Positions 42,820 to 59,357 of a stretch of DNA of 64,000 nucleotides are shown here, in pieces (position 1 is the stretch's first letter; every line of letters starts with the position of its first letter). The position numbers and the translations under genes are program-made. This DNA is from the human T2T-CHM13v2.0 reference genome, Homo sapiens. Below the pieces are notes generated by a model, which worked only from the letters and a program-made list of their open reading frames with translations, was not told the DNA's origin and ran no database searches. Location: the NCBI RefSeq assembly GCF_009914755.1, contig NC_060946.1. One strand, given 5' to 3'.

Positions 42820-43470
42820 TCTGGAGGATGTGGTTCCGACTGGAACTCTTTGGAAAACAGTTGGCATTTTCTGTTAAAGCCAAACACATACACCTACCCA
42901 ATGTCCAGCAATTCCATTCCATTCTTAGGTATATATCCAACAGAGATGCTATGAATAGATGTGTTCACAAAAGAGTTGCAAAAGAATGTTCATAGCAGCC
43001 TTTTTCTCTAATAACAAAAAAAAAAAAAAAAAAAAAGGAAGAAGAAGAAAGAAATCATAGTCCTTTAGGGCAGAATGAATCATAAAATTGTGGTGTTTTC
43101 ATATGATTGAATACTACAAAAAAAAGTGAACAAACAACTGCTTCTCATTACAACATAGGTGAACTTCACAAACGTAATGTTGAATGAAAGCCACTCACAA
43201 AAGAGTATACCTGAGAGATTCCATGTTTATGAAGATCAAAAACAAGCAAAAATAACGTATGGTTATCAAAATCAGAGTAGAGGTTACCTTCAGTAGGGGA
43301 GGGTAATGACTGCAGAGGACACGGGGAGGCTTCTGAGAGGCGGGGATGAAGAATGTTGCTCCGTCCCTTGTTCCTGGCTCTGGTTACAGAGACGTGTTTT
43401 CGTTATGAAAAATCATGGAGGTATACGCTTATGATTTGTGCACTTTTCTGTATGTATAGTAGACTTTAGT
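42820..43470 (+). mobile_element. L1ME-type 3' fragment
   Basis: ctctttggaaaacagttggca...ccagcaattccatt...gaatgttcatagcagc...ttgtgcacttttctgtatg. Confidence 0.7.
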
Positions 43471-43899
43471 AAACCTTTACTTACTAAGGTGATTGGGAAG
43501 CAGTCAGACATTTCTGAGCAGGGGCTGGGAATGCCAGGCAATACTACACAATGAAGAATTGTCCAGCAGCTCAGTCTACGTTCTAATGCCCCAGCCGGCA
43601 TTGAGTTTGATGAAAACCCAGTTTGTAATTATTTCAGCCAGGAGCTGAACTCCATTTTTCCCCCCTTACTCCAAATCTACATGGAATTTTCTGGAAGGGA
43701 AACCCTGGTATAAATATAATAGAAAGAGAATTGTGTTTCTTTTTTATCCTGAACAAGCATTGTTTGGAAAACCACATCACTCACAGCCATACCATTGGTG
43801 GTAGGCCATGGACATAGCCTGTCTGTCAGCCTAAATTGGAGCTGACATATTCGTGGAGGATGTGGGCATCTCCTGTTTACTGCTAGTAATCCATTCCTC

Positions 43900-47310
<3,411 letters not shown>

Positions 47311-47642
47311 TTCATTATTTTAAAATAGACAAATTAGAATGCCTTTGTTAACCCAAATCCCCAACCAATTTCTTAAAATGTAATTAAAACACAGTAAAAT
47401 TGCTATATATAACTGACAAATTCTTATTTAAGATATGAAATACCTAAAGCATCACCACAATATCAATCCCATTGTTAGTGAACAGTTGTTTGGATTCAGT
47501 GACTGCCTGAGGCTGGGAGTGGAAGATGAAATGAATTGCAAAGGGTCACAAGGATATTTGGGGGGTGATGGGTATGTTCTGTGGCAGTGGTTTCCCAGGC
47601 ATATACATCTATCAAAACTCATTGAATTGCATACTTTACATA

Positions 47643-47940
47643 TTTTTATTTTTATTATTTGAGACAAGGTCTTGTTCTGTCCCCCAGGCTGGTGTGCAGT
47701 GGTGCAATCTTGGCTCACCACAACCTCTGCCTCCCAGGCTCAAGCCATCCTCCCACCTGAGCCTCTGGAGTAGCTGGGACCACAGGCATGTGCCACCACA
47801 CAAGGCTAAGTTTTGTATTTTTTTAGAGATGGCATCTCACCATGTTGCCCAGGCTGGTCTCAAACTCTTGAGCTCAAGCAATCCGCCCACCTCAGCTTCT
47901 CAAAGTGCTGGGATACAGGCATGGGCCACCGCACCTGGCC
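47643..47940 (-). mobile_element. AluJ in L1M fragment
   Basis: Reverse Alu with ttgcatacttta on both flanks. Confidence 0.88.
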
Positions 47941-50215
47941 TGATTTGCATACTTTAAATAGATGCAGGTTATTGCATGTAAATTATATTTCAGTAAAGGT
48001 GATAGAAAAGAAAATAAATGGTAGTTTTGTTGATATTGACATGGCTTGTCTTTGCAGCAGTAACGTAGGAGATTCATGTACCTTTTGTTGACATTGGGTG
48101 GACTTTTCAAACTGGGATCCTGATGTTCCACCAATTGTGTTTAGAGTGTAGCATCAAACTTATTCCATACAGCATTTTGTTTACAATGTTGCACTGAATT
48201 TTGGAGATGCAAATATAATTTCTCCTATGTTAACATCAACATACATTGAGAGATACATTTGTTTCATGATGTTTGGGTATGAAAATCCAAGGGGCATTCT
48301 ACCAGGAAATGCTAATTAGGAAGACTTTCTGAGGGGTATGCATACATGTGTGAATATACCTATGTCGCCATTATTCTGATTTGTTAAATATAAAGTAAAA
48401 CTGTTGACAATATTCAGCCAAATATTTCATCACGTCTGTTAAAAGTGCAAGCTTTTGATGACTTCATTACATCTTCTAGTGTAGTTGGGTGTGAATATTT
48501 ATATATTGAAAATATATTTTTTATTATAAATCTATTTTCTTTCTTCTCCTTTGTATCACAGAGAGGCACTATATTGGTTTTCTATTACACTATAGGGTAG
48601 GTAGATTATATTATCTGTGAATTTCATTTCAGAATTCATGACATGATAGATTATTTGTTATAGAAGGATGTTAGGCCTAGTAGTGTTGACACCCCCTGAT
48701 CAAAACAGACCTGGTGATGTATCTATCCCAAGCTCTAAACCACTACGTTGGCCTAAGCCTCTTATGTTAACAGTTTAAAATTAAAATTAAATAAACTCTT
48801 TCATTTTATAGGTCAACAAGTGCATTTAAAAAAAGCTAATTAGAGTTGGTATTTCTTTTTCAACTGGTCACATCCTGAATCATACAATTATAGATTATTA
48901 TATTATTATAGATTATTATATTACAATTATACAATTACTGTTTGCTTTCTGTTTCCATGGGCTTTCTTCTTTCACAGTCAAGGCTGTGAGCTCTTTTAGA
49001 GCAAAAATTCCATCTCGTCCAGGTCATGGCTTTCCCCATATTGTAACCAGAAGAGTGTGTGTTTTGAGGATTTAAATTTATTGATCATCTCTTATGTGTT
49101 CAGGGTTTGGATCACATTAATTTTTAATATCTGTTGTGCACCCACCTGTGCCAGGGACACTGCTAGGCACTTTGCAGATATGATCTCCCTGAACACTTCA
49201 AACAACTCTTTGCTATATAGGTATTATTATCTGGTATTGCAGACATGGGAAAGAAGTTCTGAGAAAACACTTGCCCAAGGTTGCACCAGGCAAGGAGCAA
49301 AGTCAAGATCAACCCCAGCTGGGGTAGGAGGATCGCTTGAGCCCAGGAGTTCAAGGGTATAGTGAGCTATGATCACACCACTGTACTGCAGCCTGACCCC
49401 AGGTCTGTCTGACTGTACAGCCTATGATAGGTAGCTATTGTTCTCCCTGTTTGCAAACAGTGCTGAGTACTGCATAGTAATGAGGAAGATGGGCAAATAA
49501 TTTAGCCTTTTTGAGCCTCAGTTTCTCCATCAGTCTGCAAATGGGGCAATTAGTAGCTCTGCCATGGAGTGGGTGTGAGGATTCAGTGGGAATAGTGTCA
49601 ATCACTTAGCATCTGCTTGTGTTTAACCAGCCATAAACAAAAGTTCATTTCCTCCCTCTTCCTTCCCAGTGGGAAATTTTACTCAACTGTGGTTCAGTAA
49701 ATAGCCTTGGAGATGTTACTTCTCACTGAGCCCCAGGAATATATAATTGTCCTAAAATCAAAATCATAGTTTTAAAAAAACACTCAAACTGCATCCCTTC
49801 TCCCCAAACATGCTCCTGGGCATTGCAATGGGGATGAAATTCTGATCTCTAAGTGGATGGTGTTTCCTGATATTTTGTTTGCAAATTTCCTCAGGTTGTT
49901 ACTGTCAGACACTAAGGTGCAGTTATGAATTAGTCCATGAGAGACCCTGGGGGAGAAAAGATTCTAGACCCTGGGGAAGAAAGGAAATGATCCTCAACTA
50001 CGGGCCACTTGGCTCCACCCTGGCTTGACTCTGGCAGTCCAAGGACACAGTGGCCACTACCTATCTGTAGCTACCCCTTACCCACTCTGCCACCTGTGAT
50101 AAAAGATGCTGGATAGATTTCAGCAATTTCATGTGCAAATGGATGTAGCATGATTATAGTTGTTCATAGAGTGGCCTCATCAGTGTCTTTTTATAGATGG
50201 GTAGAGTGAGGTTGA

Positions 50216-50815
<600 letters not shown>

Positions 50816-51042
50816 AAGATTTTTTTTTTTTAATTAAAGGAGAATATTTGTCCCCAGAAAGAATCCTGAAGCCCTATCAGTCATCCAGACCCAAAAGGCC
50901 ATATAGCTGCCCATTTTGCAACCTTCATTCCATGATTTTAGTACCCAAAGACATGAATAAGTCACATTAGACACCCATCCCCCCGGCTTCTCTAAAATGG
51001 GAATTGAGCAACTAGAGGAGGAGTAGAGATTGTGTTTCAAAC

Positions 51043-51212
51043 ACAGGGATCTCAGCCCTGGCTACACATTAGGATCACCTGGGGAGCTCTGAACAATCCC
51101 AATGCCAGCTCTGCACCCAGCTCATGAGGTCAGATGCTCTGGTTGGGGCCGGGTACCAGTGTGGTCAGGCTCTTTGGGAGTTTCATATGTACAGTAAAAT
51201 CAAAGAACCACT
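51043..51212 (+). mobile_element. MER5A-like
   Basis: ggctacacattaggatcacctggggagct...aagaaccactg. Confidence 0.7.
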
Positions 51213-52048
51213 GCCTGCAAACAAGTGGGTAGCTGGGATGCTCATAGAGTGTCTTAGCTTTGTGGGACAGGACGGGCATTTTTTGGAAAAGTCATATGGA
51301 AAAAAAAACATCAAAACTCATGTAGACTCCCAATTATCTTCTCCCCATTCTAAACCACATTGATTTGTCTGAATATTTATTCAGGTATTTGCAACTGTGT
51401 ATACTGAATGTGTGTTGGATTACAGACACTGTTCTAAGCACCAGGGATGCAGCAGGAGGGCCGGCAGTCAGGACCCCTGAGCTCATGGATCTGGCTTTGT
51501 GGCAAGGGGTAATATGGAAAGCAGTTGATGTCAAAATGCATTGTTTACTCTTGAGATGAAGGCAGTGACAAAGGTGTGAAAGAGGATAAGAGAACAGGGG
51601 CTGGCTTGGGTAGGAGAGGTGGTGATCAGGGAAGACTTCTCTAAGAAAGAGACTCTGAACTGGGCTCAAAAAGTGAAGGCCAAGGGGTGGGGTGAGGCAT
51701 CTGGGAAGAGAAAGCCAGATTTTTCTGTGGCTCTGTCCCCTCCTGCCATCATCTCACTGCTGGAAACTGGCAACCAAATGATCTGCCTAACACATCCTGA
51801 TTTCATTTCATAGCCCATATATGCAAACTTTAGATCACATACTCATCACCTATCATCAAGGTTATATGCTAAATCCTCACCTATGGTGCTGGGATGAGCT
51901 CAGCTCATTGGAGTCTCTGAATTGCTGTCTGTAGATATTGCAAAATATTCTTTATTTTTTTTCTGTCTTGGTTTCCTGTATTTCTGGCCACCGTCCCCAA
52001 GCCCTGATGTATCCCTACATCCGGCTCTTCATTCTGACTCCCTGATAT

Positions 52049-52652
52049 TATCCATCCATCCATCCATCCATCCATCCATCCATCCATCCATCCACCAATC
52101 AATATACATATATACATATATACACACACACACATACATACATCCTCTCATCTACCAATCTATCCTCCATCCATCCATCCATCCCCCATCCTTTTATTCA
52201 TCCATCCATCCATCCTTCCACCCATCCATATACATATATATAATCTACACATACATACATCCTCTCATCTACCAATCTATCCTCCATCCATCCATCCATC
52301 CATCCTCCATCCTTTTATTCATCCATTCATCCATCCATCCACCCCTCCATATATGTATATATACATGCATACATCCTCTCATCTACCAATCTATCATCCA
52401 TCCATCCATCCACCCATCCATATACATATATATACATACATACATCCTCTCATCTGCCAATCTATCTATCCTCCATCCCTTCACCCATCCATATACATAT
52501 ATATTTACATGGATACATACATACACCATCTCATCATTTATCCATCCATCCATCCATCCATCCATCCCGTCCATTCATCCATCCATCCCTCCTTCCATTA
52601 ATTCATTCATCTATCAATCTACCCATCCACTCACCCATCCTTTCCTTCATTC
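52049..52652 (-). repeat. Degenerate (TCCA)n/(TACA)n expansion with higher-order unit
   Basis: catcctctcatct(a/g)ccaatctat recurs at about 52141, 52258, 52373 and 52443. Confidence 0.95.
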
Positions 52653-53694
52653 CACAGATATTTGTTGAACACTCAACAATGTGCTAAATCCTAAGCCAGA
52701 ATAAAAACAGAATCTTGCAATGCTCTCCTCCAAGCTGGACGAGATGGTCTCCTCACTGTCCATGTCTCCATACCTCTGTTCACTTCACTCAGTACCTGGG
52801 TCATCCTACCTACCCCCTCTGCTTATCTCCTGGCCCCACCCCCTAGAAAGGTCTGACCTGAGGCTGTTGAGCTAAACCCACCCGAACATAGTCTCACTGG
52901 CTCGCTGAAGGTGAGCCAGGAGGAGGATGAACAGATGTAGTCCATGCGCATCCCATAAGTGTAGCACAGGGAGGTGAGTGTAACAAGAGCCAAATGCTGC
53001 AGGAAGAGAAGAGGGTCCAGATTCGGGCTCCATAATCTTTACTTGAAGGAGTCAGAGGAGTGTTTACAGAGGGGAACGACATGAGGGATGGGGCAGGTAG
53101 GGCCAGTTGACACTCCCTAAACAGACAGGATGGGGGCAGTCACTCTAGGCCAAAGGAACTGCATGTGTGAAGGCACGTAAGCATGAAGCACTGTCTTCTG
53201 GGTTGGTGCATGTGCCCAGAACCAGAGTTTTAAAGGAACAGCTCAGAGATCATTCGATCCAACCTTCCATTTTATAGATGTGGAAACTAAGATTCAGAGG
53301 AGAGTAGTCAATTACCCAAGGAGGCACAGCAAATTTTCTCAGAGATACCCTACTCCCTTACCTCCTGCAGAATCACCCTAAACCTTTAAAGTTGATTAAA
53401 CCTTTAAAGTCCCCAGGTTAGGCCCAGAGGCGCTGACTGTATCAACTCAAGACAAGCCTCCAGGGTAAAAACTATTGTTATGTTCATTCTGTGTAAGAGA
53501 AAACTGAAGCAGAGAGGCTAAGGAATTTACACTAGGCTACACAGGAAGTGAGTGGTAGAGCTGGGATTCAAACACAGCGAGAGCCTCCAGAGCCCATCTT
53601 CTTTTTTTTTTTTCTTAGCCAACTACTAAAGACATTTAAAGAGCCCATGTTCTTAACCACTGCGATGTGCTACCCATCTCACCAGTTAATTTAA

Positions 53695-54291
53695 TTTTTT
53701 TTTTTTTTTTGAGACAGAGTCTCACTCTGTCGCCCATGCTGGAGTGCAGTGGCGTGACCTGGGCTCACTGCAACTTCCGCCTCCCAGGTTCAAGTAATTC
53801 TCTTGCCTCAGCATCCCGAATAGTTGGGATTACAGGCACACACCACCATGCCAGGTTAATTTTTTTGTATTTTTAGTAGAGACGGGGTTTCGCCATTTTG
53901 GTGGCCTCAAATCCTGACCTCAGGTGATCCGTCTGGCCTCCCAAAGTGCTGGGATTACAAGCATGAGCCACTGCACCCGGCCAACCTTTTTTTTTTTTTT
54001 TTTTAAAGAGACAGGTTCTTGCTCTCTCACCCAGGCTGGAGTATGGTGGTGCCATCATAGCTCATTGCAGCCTCCAAATCCTGGGCTTAAGTGATTCTCC
54101 TGCCTCAGCCTCCTGAGTAGCTGTGACCACAAGCATGCACCCCCACACCCAGCTAATTTTTGTAATTCTTTTTGTAGAGATGGGATCTGGCTGTGTTGCC
54201 CAGGTTAGTCTTAAACTCTTGGTCTCAAGTGATCCTCTTGCTTCAGCCTCCCAAAGTGCTGGATTACAGGTGTAAGCCACCAGGACCAGCC
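53695..54291 (-). mobile_element. Tandem reverse Alus (AluS 53695-53982, AluJ 53987-54291) between MIR fragments
   Basis: Two head-to-tail Alu bodies. Confidence 0.9.
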
Positions 54292-55669
54292 ACTTCATTT
54301 AGTTTTCAATGTGTATTGTCCCTATTTTTCCAGATGTTACAGAAGCACAGAGAGGTTAAGTAACTTGCCCAGTGCTGCACAGAAACTAAGTGGTGGAGCT
54401 GGGATCCGAACCCAAGCTATCTGACTGTATTGACAAACAAAAGATGCATCAAAACCCAAAAGGGCGAGCGAGGTATTATGGCCATTACTGGGGGTAAGTG
54501 AGAACTTAAGCTTTCCTCATTCCTCCCACACTACCCAAGAAATCCTCCCTCTAGTCTCAGCATAGCCCTGGGTTACAGAGTACAATTTCATGTACTCTTT
54601 CTCAGTCTCCTCCCTATCACTTCATTAATCACCGTTTGAATTCTGCTCTCCTTGAAAGCAGCTGGTCATCTTGGCAATCAAAAATCCTGCCAGCTGGACA
54701 CAGTTCAAGTTCAATTGCATCTCCCTGACCAGGTAGAACCCATCCGTGTTGAAATACTTGGCTGTTAACAGCCAAGGGGATGAAGCCAACACAGGAAAAT
54801 GGATTGCTCACAGATTGGTTTTCTCTGCCTCCAGCTCAGGATAATATATGGGCAGTGACGTAAAACAAATGGAGCCTTGGCTGGGTTACTTCACGTCCTT
54901 CTTGGGGGCCTCGCTGCTTCTACCATGGGGCCTTGGAGCTGTTACTTCATAACCTGCAGGCCAAAACCTGTAAACTGTGTATTCGCAAATTCCTAAAATA
55001 TTGCCCAATGGTCTTGAAAAAATTAATGTCCTGTGACATGTTAGCATAATTTTCATGATTGAGGTGTTGAATATAAATTCTGTATATATTTATTTATACA
55101 GAAACCAACCCAGACTGGGGCATAATATTTTTAATTTTTCATGTTTCTGGCAAAACAGTGACTGAGTTGCTTTTATTTATTTCACAGAGTTAGAAATTTC
55201 TTTTCACTGGAGAGATAAATGGTAAGTTATAAGGGACAAGAGGAGGACAATCTTATAAAATACTCTCTGTACTTGAATAATCTCTGCTTTCATTTCCTTT
55301 CTTTTTGTATCTGGTGATAATTTTAAGAGTCCAAGTGTTTGAGATTGGGTCCTAAGACCATCACCCAGGCCCCCTTTTCAGAACTCCTGTAGTATATTCA
55401 GTCTGGACCCCTTAAAGTTTAAGACTTAAATAAACAGTTACATTCTATGAGGCAGGGAGGGACGGTGAAAACTCATTCAGCTCAAGTCCTGGAACGTGAG
55501 TTTCCACTGAGAGTGGAGAGGATTTTAAAGTAGTTCTGTGGCTGTAAACACTTTTTGGGGTTCCTAGTCTCTTGAGAATTTGCTAGATGGTATATGTACA
55601 CCCTCTCCAGAAAAGTGGACATACAATATAAAAATGGATCCACAATATACAGTATATAATTTTATGTAT

Positions 55670-56095
55670 ATCAATCAGCTATTGCTGTGATTATGCCACA
55701 TAACAAATCATCCCTGAACTCAATGGGTGACAACAACAAGCATTTATTTTTCTTGCTCATGCATGTATAAATTTTTCAGGTGTTTCTGTTCCAGATTGTG
55801 AACTGGCCATGCCTGGCTCTAGGCTTTGGGACAGTTCAACTCTGTTCCACATGTCTGATTCTGGATCCCATGCTGAAGAGGCAGCTGCTGTATAAGGCAT
55901 GTTCTTTTTGTGATGATGGCAGAAGTTTGAGAGACAAGTCACACTATGCAAACATGGCTCAAGATTCTATCATACAACATCTGCTCACATTCAACTGGCC
56001 AAAGTCAGTCAAGGTCAGTGGGGCAGAAAAGAATATACTGCCCGAAAAGGAAGGAAAAAGTGAGTGAACATGTGTTGAACAATACTCCAATTTAT
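55670..56095. mobile_element. Old MLT1 (J/K-like) LTR
   Basis: tcagctattgctgtgattatgccacataacaaatcatccc...caacaagcatttattt...ctggccaaag. Confidence 0.65.
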
Positions 56096-56460
56096 TATCG
56101 GTAGGTCAAGGAATCTTTGCAGCCTGAGTCTCGTATGGTGATTCTCAAACCTCAGCAAACATAGATATCATCTGGGGAATCTGGTTCAAAATGCAGACCT
56201 GAGACTATTCTCCTGCAGAATATCTGAGTCAGTGGATTTGGGTGGGGCCCAGGAATCTGCACTTTAAACAGCCACTCCCTGGGGTTATTCTGATACTGAT
56301 GGTCCAGGGTCCACACTTTGAGAATCACTGGTTTAATGGTTCTGAGCATGTGCTGAGGGCTCAGAGATGCAAGTTCAAATCCCAGCTCCACCCTAGCTTT
56401 GACCTTGGTAAGTAGCTTTGCTTTTCAGAGCCTCAGTTTTCTCCTCTAAAAAACTGAGTT

Positions 56461-56778
56461 GGCCGGGCGCTGTGGCTCATGCCTGTAATCCCAGCACTTT
56501 GGGAGGCTGAGGTGGGCGGATCATCTGAGGTTGTGAGTTTGAGACCAGCCTGACCAACATGGAGAAACCCTGTCTCTACTAAAAATACAAAATTAGCCGG
56601 GCATGGTGATGCATGCCTGTAGTCCCAGCTACTAGGGAGGCTGAGGCAGGAGAATCACTTCAACCTGGGAGGCGGAGGTTGCGGTGAGCTGAGATCACGC
56701 CATTGCACTCCAGCCTGGGCAACAAGAGCGAAACTCTGTCTCAAAAAAATAAATAAATAAATAAAGTAAAAATAAAAA
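56461..56778 (+). mobile_element. AluSp-like inserted in a MIR
   Basis: ggccgggcgc...(TAAA)n tail with aaaaa(c/g)tgagtt flanks. Confidence 0.92.
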
Positions 56779-56810
56779 AGTGAGTTAACAGTAATACCTC
56801 TTTTAGGATT

Positions 56811-56914
56811 TGTATTAGTCAGGGTTCTCCAGAGGGACATAAAGACACACCCAGGAAGAATACTTTGCATCCTTCAATCCAATCAAATTTTGACACTCAA
56901 TATTAACCATCACA
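56811..56914. mobile_element. Internally deleted MLT2 LTR (both termini retained)
   Basis: tgtattagtcagggttctccagag joined to gacacacccagga...attaaccatcaca. Flanks are ggatt and gggtt. Confidence 0.75.
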
Positions 56915-57943
56915 GGGTTGTAGAGAGGATTCAGAAATGGTGCTGGTAAAGCAAACAGCAATAGTGCTTGGGACACATGAAACCAATAAAGGGTCATCTG
57001 CCTGAAGCTGCTACCTCAGCATCATGCAATAGCATCATCCTCATCTCCTATTGTCATCATTACCATTGCCGTTGTCTTCATATGACATCATCACTATTAG
57101 CACCGTTGTTTTGTTTCTTCTAGCTCCAGTAGTCTATGATTCCACACCACCTCACATTGTTCTTTGACCATAAATCTGATTTCCTCAGACTGCTAGAATT
57201 CTTTTCTTGAATCCCCATGGTGGGGAATGTTCTGCTTATGGCGAGGTCCAATGTCCAAGTTTAATTTCACCCACCTCACTGGGCCATGATGTTCTGGATG
57301 CTGCGTGGCAAGTCAGAGATGTATTTCCCCCCTTCAGAACCAGGTAGACCGCAGTTTCTGAAGGCTTAAGGATTCAGAGTGGTTTAAGAGCAGTAAACCA
57401 TGGCCCATCATCATTGCATAAGGAAGCAATGAAAGGTAAGTATGCACCCTGAAGCTCACAGCTCACGCTTTAGTGTTTCCTTGTATCCTTTTCATTTCCT
57501 GACTCTCTTATCCTCTTCCTTCTCTATTTCTATATTTCTGTGTGTTTCCCTTGCTGCTTTTTTTCCCTTTCCCTCTACTCGTTTTTCTCTCTCTCTCTTT
57601 CTCATTTCCTTTTCTCCCTTCTCTATATCTTTCTTGTTTTTCTGTATGCCCTGCTCTCTTTATACTCTCTGCCCCACCCCCTTCCTCATTCAGTGGAATG
57701 TGTGATGCCTGGTACCTAGTGGATGTTTGAGAAATGTATCCATGAAGGAAGGAGTGAATGAAAGAAAAAGCTTCCTGCATCTGAAATCCAGTTTCCTTTC
57801 CTTGCACTCCAGCATGTCTCACTGCTGGACTCTTTCTCCTGGTGAATGCAGTATTGATTAGCTGAGTGAACAGCAACAACATCCCCTTCAAAATCAGCCC
57901 AGGATCTGATCCAATCTCTTGCCTTTTAGAAGTACCATTTACT

Positions 57944-58257
<314 letters not shown>

Positions 58258-58484
58258 TCATTTACTGCCCAGAATAACTGCCCTGCAGATTGCTTTTCTT
58301 CCACATCTGAAATTTTCTTTCCTGAGCCAAGTCTTTGTCCAGATTTTGAATTCCTTTTCCTTTCATCTACCTACCTCTTAAAGATGCCATTGCTGACCTC
58401 CCTGGGCCCTGCCAAAGCCTATGCATTCCTTACCTCTTTACTGTCTCCATTGCTTTTGATGGCTGGTTTCTTTACATTTCTAGT

Positions 58485-58715
58485 CCAGGTGTCAGCAAAG
58501 TTTCTGTAAAGGGCCAGAGAGATAATAGTTGAAGCTTTGTGGGCCACTCTGTCTCTATTGTTTAACTACTCAATTCTGGCTGCATGAAAGCAGCCATACA
58601 CAATAAACACATAAATGAATGAGTGAGTGTGGCTGTGTTCCAATAGAACTTTATTTTTACAGAAACAGGTGAGCCCAATTTGGCCCTCAGGCCATAGATC
58701 ACCAATCTCTGCTCT
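58485..58715 (+). mobile_element. MER58A
   Basis: tcagcaaagtttctgtaaagggccag...gtggctgtgttccaata...tttggccc. Confidence 0.85.
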
Positions 58716-59064
58716 AGTCGATAGCATGGTTTAGACTTGAAGCTAAACCCCAGGTTCATCACTCCTAGCTATGTGACCTTGACCCAGTGCATCTTGTATA
58801 GAACCTCAGATTCATCACCTGCAAATGGGTTTGGGCCGATCAATGGATGAATGTCTACAGATCTTTACCATGGAGTTTGGCATATAACTGCTCAGTAACT
58901 GCTGCTTAGTACCAAAAATTTGGCTCTTATTTATCTGACTAATCTTTACAGAACACCTACTGTGTGCAGACTGCATTCCATAGAGATTCAGACTGTTAGA
59001 GCTGGAAGGATTTTGGAGACCTCCTAGTCTAAGGATTGAAAACTGGGAATGTATTCCTAATCTT

Positions 59065-59357
<293 letters not shown>

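Noticed and set aside
51922-52668. 248-aa ORF
   Set aside because: It is a translation of the TCCA/TACA repeat.
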